From a bacterium (GTDB lineage: Bacteria; UBA6262; WVXT01): a DNA stretch of 24,111 bases. Shown one piece after another: positions 13,912 through 23,241 of the stretch. The stretch lies in assembly GCA_046759165.1 (NCBI GenBank), contig JBHIBS010000024.1, positions 1-24,111 on the forward strand, in the 5' to 3' direction. How positions within the stretch are numbered: position 1 is the stretch's first letter; the number at the start of each line of letters is the position of its first letter. The translations under genes were made by a program, and so were the position numbers. The notes below the pieces were generated by a model, which saw only the letters and a list, made by a program, of their open reading frames with translations, was not told where the DNA came from and searched no databases.

Positions 13912-16380
13912 ATGGCCTTCCGTAAATTTCTCCTTTTAGCGACTATTTGTATTCTGCTCTCTCCCCTTCCAAATTGCGTGGGTGAGGAGCTATTTGATAA
14001 AGTTGCAATAACCAAGATCGAGTTTTTTCAGAAAGGTAGATTAGCTGAGGTTGTCAACGATGATGCTCCTGTCCGCATCAGAGCCTACGTTGAAGCGAAG
14101 GAGATAATGCCAGAATTCAGAGACAAATTTCTTTTGATTTTCTATCTGGATGATTTGCCCGTCCGTACTTTTCCGATTTCAGATATCAAGTATACCCCGT
14201 TCGTTGACTACTTGTGGGAGAAACCCACCAGTGGTCTCCATTCGATAGGCGCCTCTTTTGGAACTCCCGCTGGCGTGGGAGAAAGAGTCTATTACGATAT
14301 ATTTATAGAGGAGGTAAGGCCTGTTCTGAGAATAAATAGCCTTGAAATCGATACTACCCGAAGGCTTGAGGCGGGCGATATAGTAAAATTCTTCGTCTTT
14401 GTAAGCAACGATTCCGAAAAGGTTATCCTGCGCGACAATTTTATTGTGAGGCTCCAGTTAAAAGCTAAAGAAGAGGAAAGAACTATCCTCCTCAATTTCA
14501 GAGGCACACCGAGAATTAGTCCGAAGGCACACAATGTGAGCCTGGGTCCTATTGAGTGGGTAGTTGAAGATGGGGATTGGTTGGTCTATCCCCAAATTCT
14601 GCCCAGAGTCGTTAATAATAGAAAAGTACTGGAAGTAGTAAAAGCTGAAGATCTCTTTCTCGATCTCAGAATTGGCGAGTCAAGGCCTGATCTCTTTCTT
14701 GAATTCTCTCTTTCTCCTCCCTCCCCATATATTATAGGAGAGAAGGTGAAGATCTTAGTAAGTCTGGAAAACAGGGGCGATCTTCCTTGTGAAAAGTATC
14801 GTCTATTCCTCTATGTGGATGGAAGACGGAAAGGTTCAATTGTGGAGGGACCTGCCATTTTCCCAGGAGAAACTCAAGATTTCCAGTTCGACTGGAGGCC
14901 CGAGAGGGAGACCCACTATTTGAAAGTCTCGACCTCCTACGAGTTTGATGAGAGGGAATTCTTAACTAAGGCTGAATTGCCACTCAGTATCGAGACAGGG
15001 ATAAATCTTGTGCCAGTTATTCTCTCCTGGAAGCCTGCCGATCCCCAGAGTGGGGACATTATGACTATCTTAACGAGAATAGAGAACATTGGAGTAAATC
15101 CTATTAACCCTTGGCATGAAGTGAGAGAGGTGGGTTACAAGGCAATCTTCTCTGTGGATGGGATAGAGAAGGAGGTTAAATTTGATGCTGAGATAGGGCC
15201 CGGAGAGAAAGGCAATTTTGAGTTCACCTGGGATGCTGAGGAAGGCGAGCACCTTCTGAAATTCTCTTCCCTTTACGTTGTGGCAAAAGATATAGAGCCC
15301 CTTTTGCATAGTGATGAGGAATCGATTAGGGTAATGCCTGCGCCAAAACTTGTCTGTGTTCAGGACAATTGGAGCCCCAATCCAGCTACAGAAGGAGATA
15401 TTGTAGTGGTTTCCCTTGTGGTGAAAAATGATGGCGAAGGCCCAGCTCGTCTATGGGATGAGGAGGAGATGGTGGGATATAAAATAGCATTCTCCATTGG
15501 CTCTGAAGAGAAAGAGGATAGTAAACCTATACCTCCTGGAAAGGAAGTCACATTCTCCTTCCGCTGGAAGGTGGATGAGGGAGGAGAATATCCCGTAAAG
15601 CTCTTATTTGTTCATCCAAGTGGCAAGGAAATAGTAAAACCATATAGAGGTACTCTGTCTGTCCTTTCTTCCGAGCCGATTGATGAATTGGGAAGAGGAA
15701 CACTAAAGTTTCTGGAGAAGAAGGGAAAGAAGAAAGCATCTCTTTATAAGTCGCTCGGGAAGAGCCTTGAAGAGCTTCTTCATCCTCCCGATTCTCGATT
15801 TGAGAAGCTGGCTAAGAAGACAAGTAAAATAGCCTCAGGAACCTTAAAGTCCATTTTTGAAGAAAGGCAGAGACTCCCATTTTCAGACGAGAGTCTCAAT
15901 GAGAAATATTTAGCAGAAGTGAGCAAGAATCTAGAAGAGATTGTGGAGGATATAGATAGAATCGATTGGAAATCAGTTTCCCCAGGAGGGGAAAAGCTGG
16001 ACTATGAGTACGATAATTTAAGGGACTACATCGCTCGCTGTCTCTTCTCTGAAGGTGGCATGGTCTCCCTTCTGGGGCAGGAAGTGGCAAGTTATCGGCA
16101 GATGAGAGCCAACAATTTAGCAGTTGGAGAAGGAGGAATTCGTCCTTATCCTAATGCCAAAAACGAGCTTCTGAAAGTTCTTAAGGCAGAAGAGAAATTG
16201 GGAATGGATATTTACGAAGATTTCCAGAAGGAAGAATCTCTGTTTGCTTCCCTTAGGGGAGAGGCTGAGCGAGAAAAGACGGCGAGAATTCAGTTAGGCC
16301 TTTTGAAATCTATAATCAGTATGTTGAGAATCGAGGGAGTAAGGACTCGAAACTTGCAGAAGGAGTTTTATGACAGATGA
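13912..16380 (+). CDS. Large exported protein with several CARDB/Ig-like repeats and a helical C-terminal domain
   Basis: Signal peptide MAFRKFLLLATICILLSP; repeated units (G-D/E-x-V-x-I...EN-x-G...I-x-PG-E/K...F-x-F-x-W...G-x-H/Y-x-L/V-K); last ~230 aa charged and helical. Confidence 0.7.
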   Translation: MAFRKFLLLATICILLSPLPNCVGEELFDKVAITKIEFFQKGRLAEVVNDDAPVRIRAYVEAKEIMPEFRDKFLLIFYLDDLPVRTFPISDIKYTPFVDYLWEKPTSGLHSIGASFGTPAGVGERVYYDIFIEEVRPVLRINSLEIDTTRRLEAGDIVKFFVFVSNDSEKVILRDNFIVRLQLKAKEEERTILLNFRGTPRISPKAHNVSLGPIEWVVEDGDWLVYPQILPRVVNNRKVLEVVKAEDLFLDLRIGESRPDLFLEFSLSPPSPYIIGEKVKILVSLENRGDLPCEKYRLFLYVDGRRKGSIVEGPAIFPGETQDFQFDWRPERETHYLKVSTSYEFDEREFLTKAELPLSIETGINLVPVILSWKPADPQSGDIMTILTRIENIGVNPINPWHEVREVGYKAIFSVDGIEKEVKFDAEIGPGEKGNFEFTWDAEEGEHLLKFSSLYVVAKDIEPLLHSDEESIRVMPAPKLVCVQDNWSPNPATEGDIVVVSLVVKNDGEGPARLWDEEEMVGYKIAFSIGSEEKEDSKPIPPGKEVTFSFRWKVDEGGEYPVKLLFVHPSGKEIVKPYRGTLSVLSSEPIDELGRGTLKFLEKKGKKKASLYKSLGKSLEELLHPPDSRFEKLAKKTSKIASGTLKSIFEERQRLPFSDESLNEKYLAEVSKNLEEIVEDIDRIDWKSVSPGGEKLDYEYDNLRDYIARCLFSEGGMVSLLGQEVASYRQMRANNLAVGEGGIRPYPNAKNELLKVLKAEEKLGMDIYEDFQKEESLFASLRGEAEREKTARIQLGLLKSIISMLRIEGVRTRNLQKEFYDR

Positions 16381-16402
16381 ACTATTCTGAAAGGAGATAG
16401 AA

Positions 16403-17608
16403 ATGGTTTCTGAGAGCGTAATCAAGGAAATTTCCATTAAGACAGATTCTAAGATTCTACTCCTGGTTATTGATGGAGTTGGCGGTTTGCCATTAGATGG
16501 AAAGACAGAGCTGGAAAGAGCTGAAACTCCAAATCTTGACAATCTTGCTTCCCGCTCGATTTGTGGCTTAACTGACGCTATCGGGTATGGAATTACCCCG
16601 GGAAGTGGCCCTTCCCATTTGGCACTATTTGGCTATGACCCCCTGAAGTGTCTTATTGGACGAGGCGTCCTGGAGGCATTGGGGATAGGTGTGGAGTTGA
16701 CTTACAAGGATATGGCAGCCAGAGGTAATTTCGCAACTATGGATAGTCGAGGAATAATTGTGGACCGCCGGGCAGGAAGAATTCCCACTAGGAAGAATAG
16801 AGAAATTTGTGCTCTCCTTGCGAAGAAGATAGAGAAGATAAAAAGTGCGAAAGTCTTTATTCGACCCGGGAAGGAACACCGCTTTGTAGTTATTTTTCGC
16901 GGGGATGGTCTGAATGGTCCGCTCAGCGATGCTGATCCTCAGAAAAATGGAGAGAAGGCAAAGCCTGCCCGGGCGCTTTCTGCCAGAGCTAAAAAGGCAG
17001 AGGAGGTTGCAAATAGTTTTATCAGGAAAGCAAGTGAGGTTTTGAAAAAACAACATCCAGCTAATACAGTACTTTTGAGAGGGATCTCTAAAATGCCACG
17101 GATTCCATCGATGGGGGAACTCTTCAATCTCTCTCCGGCAGCGATTGCTACTTACCCGATGTATAAAGGACTGGCTCGACTAGTGGGGATGGAAGTTCTC
17201 CAGACAGGAGAGAGTATAGGGGATGAGTTGAGGACACTTAGAGAAAACTTTGAAAAATTCGATTTCTTTTATCTCCATCTCAAGCAAACTGATTCTTATG
17301 GGGAGGATGGCAACTTCGAGAAGAAAGTGAGAATGATTGAAGAAGTAGATAAATTTATTCCTAAAATTCTGAATTTGGAATTTGATGTGGTTGTAATTAC
17401 CAGCGATCATTCAACTCCTTCTCTCTTGAAATCCCATTCGTGGCATCCCAATCCATTCTTGCTCTGGTCAAAATTTATTCGAGTTGACGGGGTTAAGAGA
17501 TTTACAGAGAGGGAGTGCAGCAAGGGTGGTCTGGGGAGGTTTCCGGCAGTTAATGCCATGGCGCTGATGCTCTCTAATGGTCTTAAGTTAAGAAAATTCG
17601 GCGCCTGA
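16403..17608 (+). CDS. apgM: 2,3-bisphosphoglycerate-independent phosphoglycerate mutase (ApgM type)
   Basis: IDGVGG, TPGSGPSHLALFGYDP, GRGVLEALG, DSYGEDG, SDHSTP, HSWHP. Confidence 0.94.
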   Translation: MVSESVIKEISIKTDSKILLLVIDGVGGLPLDGKTELERAETPNLDNLASRSICGLTDAIGYGITPGSGPSHLALFGYDPLKCLIGRGVLEALGIGVELTYKDMAARGNFATMDSRGIIVDRRAGRIPTRKNREICALLAKKIEKIKSAKVFIRPGKEHRFVVIFRGDGLNGPLSDADPQKNGEKAKPARALSARAKKAEEVANSFIRKASEVLKKQHPANTVLLRGISKMPRIPSMGELFNLSPAAIATYPMYKGLARLVGMEVLQTGESIGDELRTLRENFEKFDFFYLHLKQTDSYGEDGNFEKKVRMIEEVDKFIPKILNLEFDVVVITSDHSTPSLLKSHSWHPNPFLLWSKFIRVDGVKRFTERECSKGGLGRFPAVNAMALMLSNGLKLRKFGA

Positions 17609-17763
17609 TAAAGCGGCTAATTATTAAATGTTCGATATTTGGCTTTTGCGTTGAGTTTTATGGTTATATTTTGTATATTTAAAATGAATCCTCCAGGAAA
17701 AAATAGAATACCTCCACAAAATTTTCTCTCCTGAACCAAAAGAATAATTTTTTCAAATTCTTC

Positions 17764-17793
17764 TTGACATAGCTATATATAGTATGTTAGTAT
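17764..17793 (+). promoter_or_regulatory. Promoter of the nrdR-nrdD operon
   Basis: TTGACA (17764-69), 18 nt, TAGTAT (17788-93), with extended TG. Confidence 0.7.
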
Positions 17794-17816
17794 AAATCTG
17801 CTACTTTATATTGTAT
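17770..17816 (+). promoter_or_regulatory. Tandem NrdR boxes
   Basis: tagCTATATATAGtat (17770-85) and ctaCTTTATATTGtat (17801-16) resemble the acaCwATATATwGtg consensus; 31-bp start-to-start spacing typical of NrdR sites; they overlap the promoter. Confidence 0.8.
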
Positions 17817-17832
17817 GTTTGGGGTGGTTACA

Positions 17833-18318
17833 TTGAAGTGTCCATTTTGTGGCAACTCTGGAGGAAGAGTAATCGATTCCAGACCAGTAGAAGGAAGTTC
17901 TGTGGTCAGGAGACGCAGGGAATGTCATGCCTGTAAGAAGAGGTTTACCACTTTTGAAAGGATTGAAAGTATGCCTCTCATGGTTATTAAGAAGGACAAA
18001 AGGCGGGAAGTTTTCGACCGTAATAAGTTACAGGAAGGCATTCTGCGCGCCTGTCAGAAGAGGCCAATTTCTCTCGATACTGTGGAAAAAATGGTGAGCG
18101 AGATTGAGGAGGAATTGAGAGACTATATAATGGAGGTACCATCTAAAGTAATTGGGGAGATAGTCTTGAGGAAGCTACGCAAATTGGATGAGGTAGCTTA
18201 TGTCAGATTTGCTTCTGTCTACAGGCAGTTCAACGATATAGATACATTCTCAAAAGAACTGAAAAAATTGAAGCGCAGAAATAAACAGAGAGGAAATGCA
18301 GACAAAGTGGTTAAGTAG
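17833..18318 (+). CDS. nrdR: Transcriptional repressor NrdR
   Basis: [26 protein letters not shown] zinc ribbon; ATP cone; [15 protein letters not shown]; likely TTG start at 17833 with GGGGTGG SD. Confidence 0.97.
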   Translation: MKCPFCGNSGGRVIDSRPVEGSSVVRRRRECHACKKRFTTFERIESMPLMVIKKDKRREVFDRNKLQEGILRACQKRPISLDTVEKMVSEIEEELRDYIMEVPSKVIGEIVLRKLRKLDEVAYVRFASVYRQFNDIDTFSKELKKLKRRNKQRGNADKVVK

Positions 18319-18364
18319 AAGAGGCTAAAGCTCATTCTGAATTGAGTGTGGGAGGCCTTTTGAG

Positions 18365-18706
18365 ATGATAAATAATTCTTTCAGAAATTTTGTAAAATCC
18401 AGTAAGGGGAAATCAGTAAAAATGGTGAAAGGCATTTCCCGTAAGACTCTGGCCTATAGCGACAAACAGATGGTTGTAGAGTTTACTTTTCGGAAAGGGT
18501 CATCAACTCCCCATCACTCCCATCCCCATGAACAGATAGGTTACTTGGTTAAGGGTAAACTTCGATATCAGATAGGAAATAAAGAAGATATAGTAGAGAG
18601 TGGAGACAGCTTTTACGTTCCTTCTAATGTCGATCATGCTAATTGGGCATTGGAGGAGACAGTGGCCATAGATGTATTCTGCCCACCACGGGAAGACTAT
18701 AAGTAA
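18365..18706 (+). CDS. Cupin domain protein (cupin_2/KdgF-like)
   Basis: HHSHPHEQIGY...G and GDSFYVPSNVDH cupin motifs; DVFCPPREDY C-terminus; GGAGG SD. Confidence 0.88.
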   Translation: MINNSFRNFVKSSKGKSVKMVKGISRKTLAYSDKQMVVEFTFRKGSSTPHHSHPHEQIGYLVKGKLRYQIGNKEDIVESGDSFYVPSNVDHANWALEETVAIDVFCPPREDYK

Positions 18707-18734
18707 GACGGTCCTTTTAGGAGCAAGAAGAGAG

Positions 18735-19010
18735 ATGAAAGTCAAAATTTTTGGAAAGAAAGACTGCAACCTTTGTAAAGCTTCCCTCAGGAAATTTAGA
18801 TTCTTTCTCGGCAAATGGGAATTGGTTGAAAGGATTGAACTCACCTTTTATGACCTGGATACAGTGGATGGATTGACCGAGGGTTCTCTTTTGGATGCTA
18901 TGGAAGTTCCCACAATAATTTTGGAGAAAGATGGTGTGGAAATTGCCCGCTGGGAGAAGAGAATACCGGGGTCTGAGGAATTTGAAAAAATTCTTGTTTC
19001 GACATCATAG
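18735..19010 (+). CDS. Thioredoxin/glutaredoxin-like redoxin (NrdH-like)
   Basis: ATG 18735; MKVKIFGKKDCNLC with CxxC; cis-Pro motif EVPTIIL; directly upstream of nrdD. Confidence 0.8.
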   Translation: MKVKIFGKKDCNLCKASLRKFRFFLGKWELVERIELTFYDLDTVDGLTEGSLLDAMEVPTIILEKDGVEIARWEKRIPGSEEFEKILVSTS

Positions 19011-19157
19011 TGCAGGTTTAAAACTGCTAAAATTCCTGAAGCTCTTTACAAACTATTTTTCAAATATTGTGGCTGCAGAGCGACCTTGTAGGGGTGACCT
19101 TCACCGTCGCAACTGCTGCTTGATAAAAGTAAACGAGATATATTTTGGAGGCGAAGA

Positions 19158-21632
19158 ATGATTAAGGTTCAAAAGAGGTTCTTTACTTCAGTCAGGAAAA
19201 GAGATGGCCGGATTGTGCCCTTTAATAAGGGAAAAATCGTTGAGGCCATATTTAAGGCAGCCAGGCAAGGCGGTGGGGAGACCTGGCGGATGGCTCGCAA
19301 AATAGCCAATGATGTGGAAGAGTACTTGAAGAAGAACTATCTGCCGGATGAAACGCTGAGCATGAAGGCAATTGGTGATGCTATTGAGACTGTGCTTATG
19401 GAAGGTGGACACCCATTAACTGCAAGGGCTTACAACCTTCATCGGATTGCTAGGCAGAAAATGGCCCAGAAGCTGAAGGTATCAAAGAAGAAGAAGAAAA
19501 GAACCGATATCACGGACTTCGCTCTCCTGGTTGCTGCTGAAACCGAAGCAGAATTGACTGCCTGGAATAGGGAGAAAATTAGCCAGGCCTTAGTCAAGGA
19601 GGCAAACATTCCCCTAAAGGTTGCCAATCGGGTTGCCCACAATGTGGAGAAGAAGGTAGTGGCTTCTAGTGTGAAGCAGGTGGCTACTGGTTTTATTCGA
19701 GAGTTAGTGGATAGCGAGTTACTGGAATTAGGTTATGGAAAGAAGATCAAGGAACAGACAAGTTTAGGAATCCCCACTTACGATCTGCAGGAATTAATCT
19801 TTTCCAAGAGTCTGGAGAACAGTAACATAGCTTCCCATAACCCGGAAGCGGTAAATTTGATTATTGCTGAAACCACATTGAAACAGTATGCGCTCAACAA
19901 CATTTTTTCCAGAAATTTAGCTACTGCCCATCTGGAAGGGAAAATCCACATTCACGACCTCGGTTATCCTGTTAGGGTTTATTGTAGTAGCCATTCTCTA
20001 GAATATATTAAGAAGTATGGGCTCCACCTGGAGAAACTGGAGATCATCTCCTCGCCAGCAAAACATGCTAGGACCCTTACCGGACATTTGAACACCTTTC
20101 TTGCTTCTATGCAGGCCTATTATGCTGGAGCTCTGGGTGTGGGTTACATAAACATATTCTATGCCCCTTATCTAGTGGGGATGAGCCCTAGGGAGATTAA
20201 GCAAGAAGCCCAATATCTAATCTTCTCTTTATCCCAATCGGCATTCTCCCGTGGTGGCCAGGTTCTGTTTCTGGATGCAAATGTACACACAGGAGTTCCC
20301 GGTTACCTGAAGAACGTTCCAGCCATCGGACCTGGAGGAGAATACACTGGAAAGACTTATGGAGACTATGAGGAGGAAGCACAAACATTTGCAAGGGCAT
20401 TGATGGATGTCTGGCGGGAGGGGGATAGTTTCGGTCATATCTTTGCATTTCCCAAGATGGACCTCCACATAAATGCAGATACGTTTTCAGACCCTAAACA
20501 ATATGAACTATTAGAGTACGCCTGTCTCATTGCCAGTGAGAACGGTGTTCCCTATTTTGTCTTTGACCGAGATGATGTCACCCTTTCTGCATGCTGCAGG
20601 TTACGCACCACAATCCAGGATGATTACGTTATCAAACATCCCGAGTCGATGAGATTTTGTGGATTTCAGAATGTAACCATTAATCTTCCCCAGGCAGCCT
20701 ATCGGGCAGGGAGAGGGAAAATAGAGAGGTTGTTCCCGGAGATTGAGAAAGCAATGGATTTGGCAATGGAAGCACATCTTCAGAAGAAGAGATTTATTGG
20801 GAGCTTGATGAAAGAGAAAGGGTTGCCTTTGTGGGAGTTAGGAATGATTGATCCAGATGGCCGACCTTATATTGACTTAGATAAAGCTACTTACATCATT
20901 GGAATTATTGGACTGAACGAATGCGTACAGTATCTGACCAGAAAAGAGTTGCATGAAGGTGAGGATGTTTATAGGTTGGGATTGAAGATAGTATCCTTTA
21001 TGTATCTGAAGGCAAAGGAGTATGAGAAGAAGTATGGTTTAAAAGTTTCACTGGAGGAAAGCCCCGCTGAATCGGCTGCTCGCAGGCTGGCCAAGGTGGA
21101 CCTCAGGGAGTATCCAGAGTCAAAAGAAGTGATTAAAGGGAACATTGAGAAGGAAGAATTCTACTATACTAATAGCATACATTTCTCTGCGAGCGCTCCC
21201 ATAAACCTGGTCGACAGGATTGTTAAGCAGAGTAAATTTCATACCATAATTGAGAGCGGAGCAATTCTTCACGCCTTCATTGGTGAGGAGAAACCGTCCC
21301 CGGCTTCAATAATGAATCTGGTAAAGAAAACATGGCAAACTACCAAGGCGGCACAAATCACAATCTCGCCAGAATTTACAGTTTGCCACAAGTGCAATCG
21401 GTTGACCAGGGGATTAAAAGAGAAGTGTTCCTATTGTCACTCCACTGAAGTATATGGAATAACCCGTATTGTTGGATACTTCAGCAGGATTCCCAACTGG
21501 AATAAGTCTAAACTGGGTGAATTGAGCGACCGGCACAAAGGGAACTATTCCTTGGGAGGTTTAAAGATTGAAAGTAAAGGTGATGAGATTAAGGAAAGAT
21601 ATTCCTCTGCCCCAGTATCGACACCAAGGTGA
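19158..21632 (+). CDS. nrdD: Anaerobic (class III) ribonucleoside-triphosphate reductase with N-terminal ATP cone(s)
   Basis: VRKRDG ATP cone; HIHDL..YC; ACCRL finger loop; ESPAES; YYTNS; CHKC...CSYC zinc site; ITRIVGY glycyl-radical motif. Confidence 0.96.
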   Translation: MIKVQKRFFTSVRKRDGRIVPFNKGKIVEAIFKAARQGGGETWRMARKIANDVEEYLKKNYLPDETLSMKAIGDAIETVLMEGGHPLTARAYNLHRIARQKMAQKLKVSKKKKKRTDITDFALLVAAETEAELTAWNREKISQALVKEANIPLKVANRVAHNVEKKVVASSVKQVATGFIRELVDSELLELGYGKKIKEQTSLGIPTYDLQELIFSKSLENSNIASHNPEAVNLIIAETTLKQYALNNIFSRNLATAHLEGKIHIHDLGYPVRVYCSSHSLEYIKKYGLHLEKLEIISSPAKHARTLTGHLNTFLASMQAYYAGALGVGYINIFYAPYLVGMSPREIKQEAQYLIFSLSQSAFSRGGQVLFLDANVHTGVPGYLKNVPAIGPGGEYTGKTYGDYEEEAQTFARALMDVWREGDSFGHIFAFPKMDLHINADTFSDPKQYELLEYACLIASENGVPYFVFDRDDVTLSACCRLRTTIQDDYVIKHPESMRFCGFQNVTINLPQAAYRAGRGKIERLFPEIEKAMDLAMEAHLQKKRFIGSLMKEKGLPLWELGMIDPDGRPYIDLDKATYIIGIIGLNECVQYLTRKELHEGEDVYRLGLKIVSFMYLKAKEYEKKYGLKVSLEESPAESAARRLAKVDLREYPESKEVIKGNIEKEEFYYTNSIHFSASAPINLVDRIVKQSKFHTIIESGAILHAFIGEEKPSPASIMNLVKKTWQTTKAAQITISPEFTVCHKCNRLTRGLKEKCSYCHSTEVYGITRIVGYFSRIPNWNKSKLGELSDRHKGNYSLGGLKIESKGDEIKERYSSAPVSTPR

Positions 21633-21999
21633 TGCAGGGGTTGACCTATTCAATGCTGGTGAGAAGATTTCGTTAAAGCCCCAGGAGAGAGCATTAATTC
21701 CTACTGGAATAAGAGTAGCCGTTCCTTCTGGATATGAGTTGCAAATCAGACCCCGTAGTGGATTAGCGATAAATAAGGGACTGACAGTTTTGAACAGTCC
21801 TGGAACAGTCGATTCCAACTATCGGGGCGAAGTGAAGGTGATTATCTTTAATACCAATCCTAAAGATACTATAGAGGTTAAAAAAGGGGATCGTATTGCC
21901 CAGGCTGTGCTCAAAAAGGTAGAGCCTATAGAATGGGAAGAGTGCGAAGGACTCGATGAGACAATGCGTAATGAAGGAGGATTTGGTAGCACAGGATAA
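21568..21999 (+). CDS. dut: dUTP diphosphatase (trimeric dUTPase)
   Basis: AGVDL, RPRSGLA, GTVDSNYRGE, RIAQ, RNEGGFGSTG motifs; TTG start with GGGAGG SD. Confidence 0.96.
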   Translation: MKVKVMRLRKDIPLPQYRHQGDAGVDLFNAGEKISLKPQERALIPTGIRVAVPSGYELQIRPRSGLAINKGLTVLNSPGTVDSNYRGEVKVIIFNTNPKDTIEVKKGDRIAQAVLKKVEPIEWEECEGLDETMRNEGGFGSTG

Positions 22000-22072
22000 C
22001 CCTATCTATGCAGGGAATGGTGTAATTCATTACTTATAATACATAAGTCATAATATATTTAGGGGGTGTGAG

Positions 22073-23233
22073 ATGCCTTTTTTTATAGGTCGAGATCGGG
22101 AGGCTCGGAGGGCTTACGGTTTTGATGAAGTGGCTTTAGTTCCAAGTCTGGTTACCATAAATCCAAATGAAGTCGACATTACTTGGAAGCTTGCAGATTT
22201 AAAGCTGGAGATACCTTTCATTGCTTCAGCAATGGATGGGGTAGTGGACCCTAGGTTTGCCATTGCCATGGGCAAGCTTGGGGGATTGGCAGTATTAAAC
22301 TTAGAGGGAATACAGACTCGATATAAAGACCCTGAGAAGATTCTGAAAAGAATTGCCACCGCCAGTACAAATGAAGCAACAGTCCTGGTTCAGGAAATTT
22401 ATAAAGAACCTATAAAAGAAGAACTTATCACCAAGAGGATAAGAGAGATCAAAGACGCTGGGGTCCTAACTGTTGCTTCCTCCATTCCCCAGAACGCTTC
22501 CAGGTATGGCAAATTGGCTCAAGATGCGGGATGCAATATCTTTGTGGTTCAGTCAACAGTCACCACGGTTAGGCATATCTCTACAGAATATGAAGTTCTC
22601 GATTTCAAGAAATTCTGTTCCCAGATGAAGATTCCAGTGATTGTCGGGAACTGCGTGAGTTACGATGCTGCTTTAGAACTTATGGACACAGGATGTGCCG
22701 GGCTTCTGGTGGGAATTGGTCCTGGCGCTGCCTGTACGACGAGAGGAGTACTGGGAATAGGCGTTCCCCAGGTGACTGCTACTGTAGATTGTGCTCAAGC
22801 GCGCGATTACTATTATAAGAGGACCGGAAGATACATCTCAATTATCACTGATGGGGGTATGACTACAGGTGGCGACATATGTAAAGCCTTTGCCTGTGGG
22901 GCAGATGCAGTGATGATTGGCTCAGCATTTGCCCGGGCAAAAGAGGCGCCTGGAAGAGGATACCACTGGGGAATGGCTACTCCCCACCGAAACCTCCCTC
23001 GGGGAACCAGAATTCATGTGGGCACTACAGGAACCTTAGAAGAGATCCTATATGGACCAGCCAAGCTGGATGATGGGACGCAGAATCTGGTTGGAGCACT
23101 CAGAACGGGCATGGGTAATGTGGGGGCAAGAAACATTAAGGAGATGCAGCTCACTGAAATAATAATTGCCCCTGAGATAAAATTGGAAGGTAAGATATTT
23201 CAAAAGGCGCAAAGAGTGGGCATGGGTAAATAA
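22073..23233 (+). CDS. guaB3: GuaB3-family IMP dehydrogenase-related protein (no CBS subdomain)
   Basis: [31 protein letters not shown] catalytic Cys loop, DGG, WGMATP..LPRGTRI. Confidence 0.9.
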   Translation: MPFFIGRDREARRAYGFDEVALVPSLVTINPNEVDITWKLADLKLEIPFIASAMDGVVDPRFAIAMGKLGGLAVLNLEGIQTRYKDPEKILKRIATASTNEATVLVQEIYKEPIKEELITKRIREIKDAGVLTVASSIPQNASRYGKLAQDAGCNIFVVQSTVTTVRHISTEYEVLDFKKFCSQMKIPVIVGNCVSYDAALELMDTGCAGLLVGIGPGAACTTRGVLGIGVPQVTATVDCAQARDYYYKRTGRYISIITDGGMTTGGDICKAFACGADAVMIGSAFARAKEAPGRGYHWGMATPHRNLPRGTRIHVGTTGTLEEILYGPAKLDDGTQNLVGALRTGMGNVGARNIKEMQLTEIIIAPEIKLEGKIFQKAQRVGMGK

Positions 23234-23241
23234 GGAAAGTT

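Noticed and set aside
17686-17722. Direct repeat GAAT(A)CCTCCA upstream of the nrdR promoter
   Set aside because: Only two short imperfect copies; no associated ORF or known motif
18931-19161. 76-aa ORF bridging the redoxin and nrdD
   Set aside because: Overlaps the redoxin out of frame, lacks a clear SD and motif, and covers a structured spacer
22000-22072. Purine riboswitch upstream of guaB3-purC
   Set aside because: The spacer is only ~70 nt and lacks the conserved TATAA...GTTTCTACC...CCGTAAA...GACTA core; only a short ACTTAT/ATAAGT inverted repeat is seen
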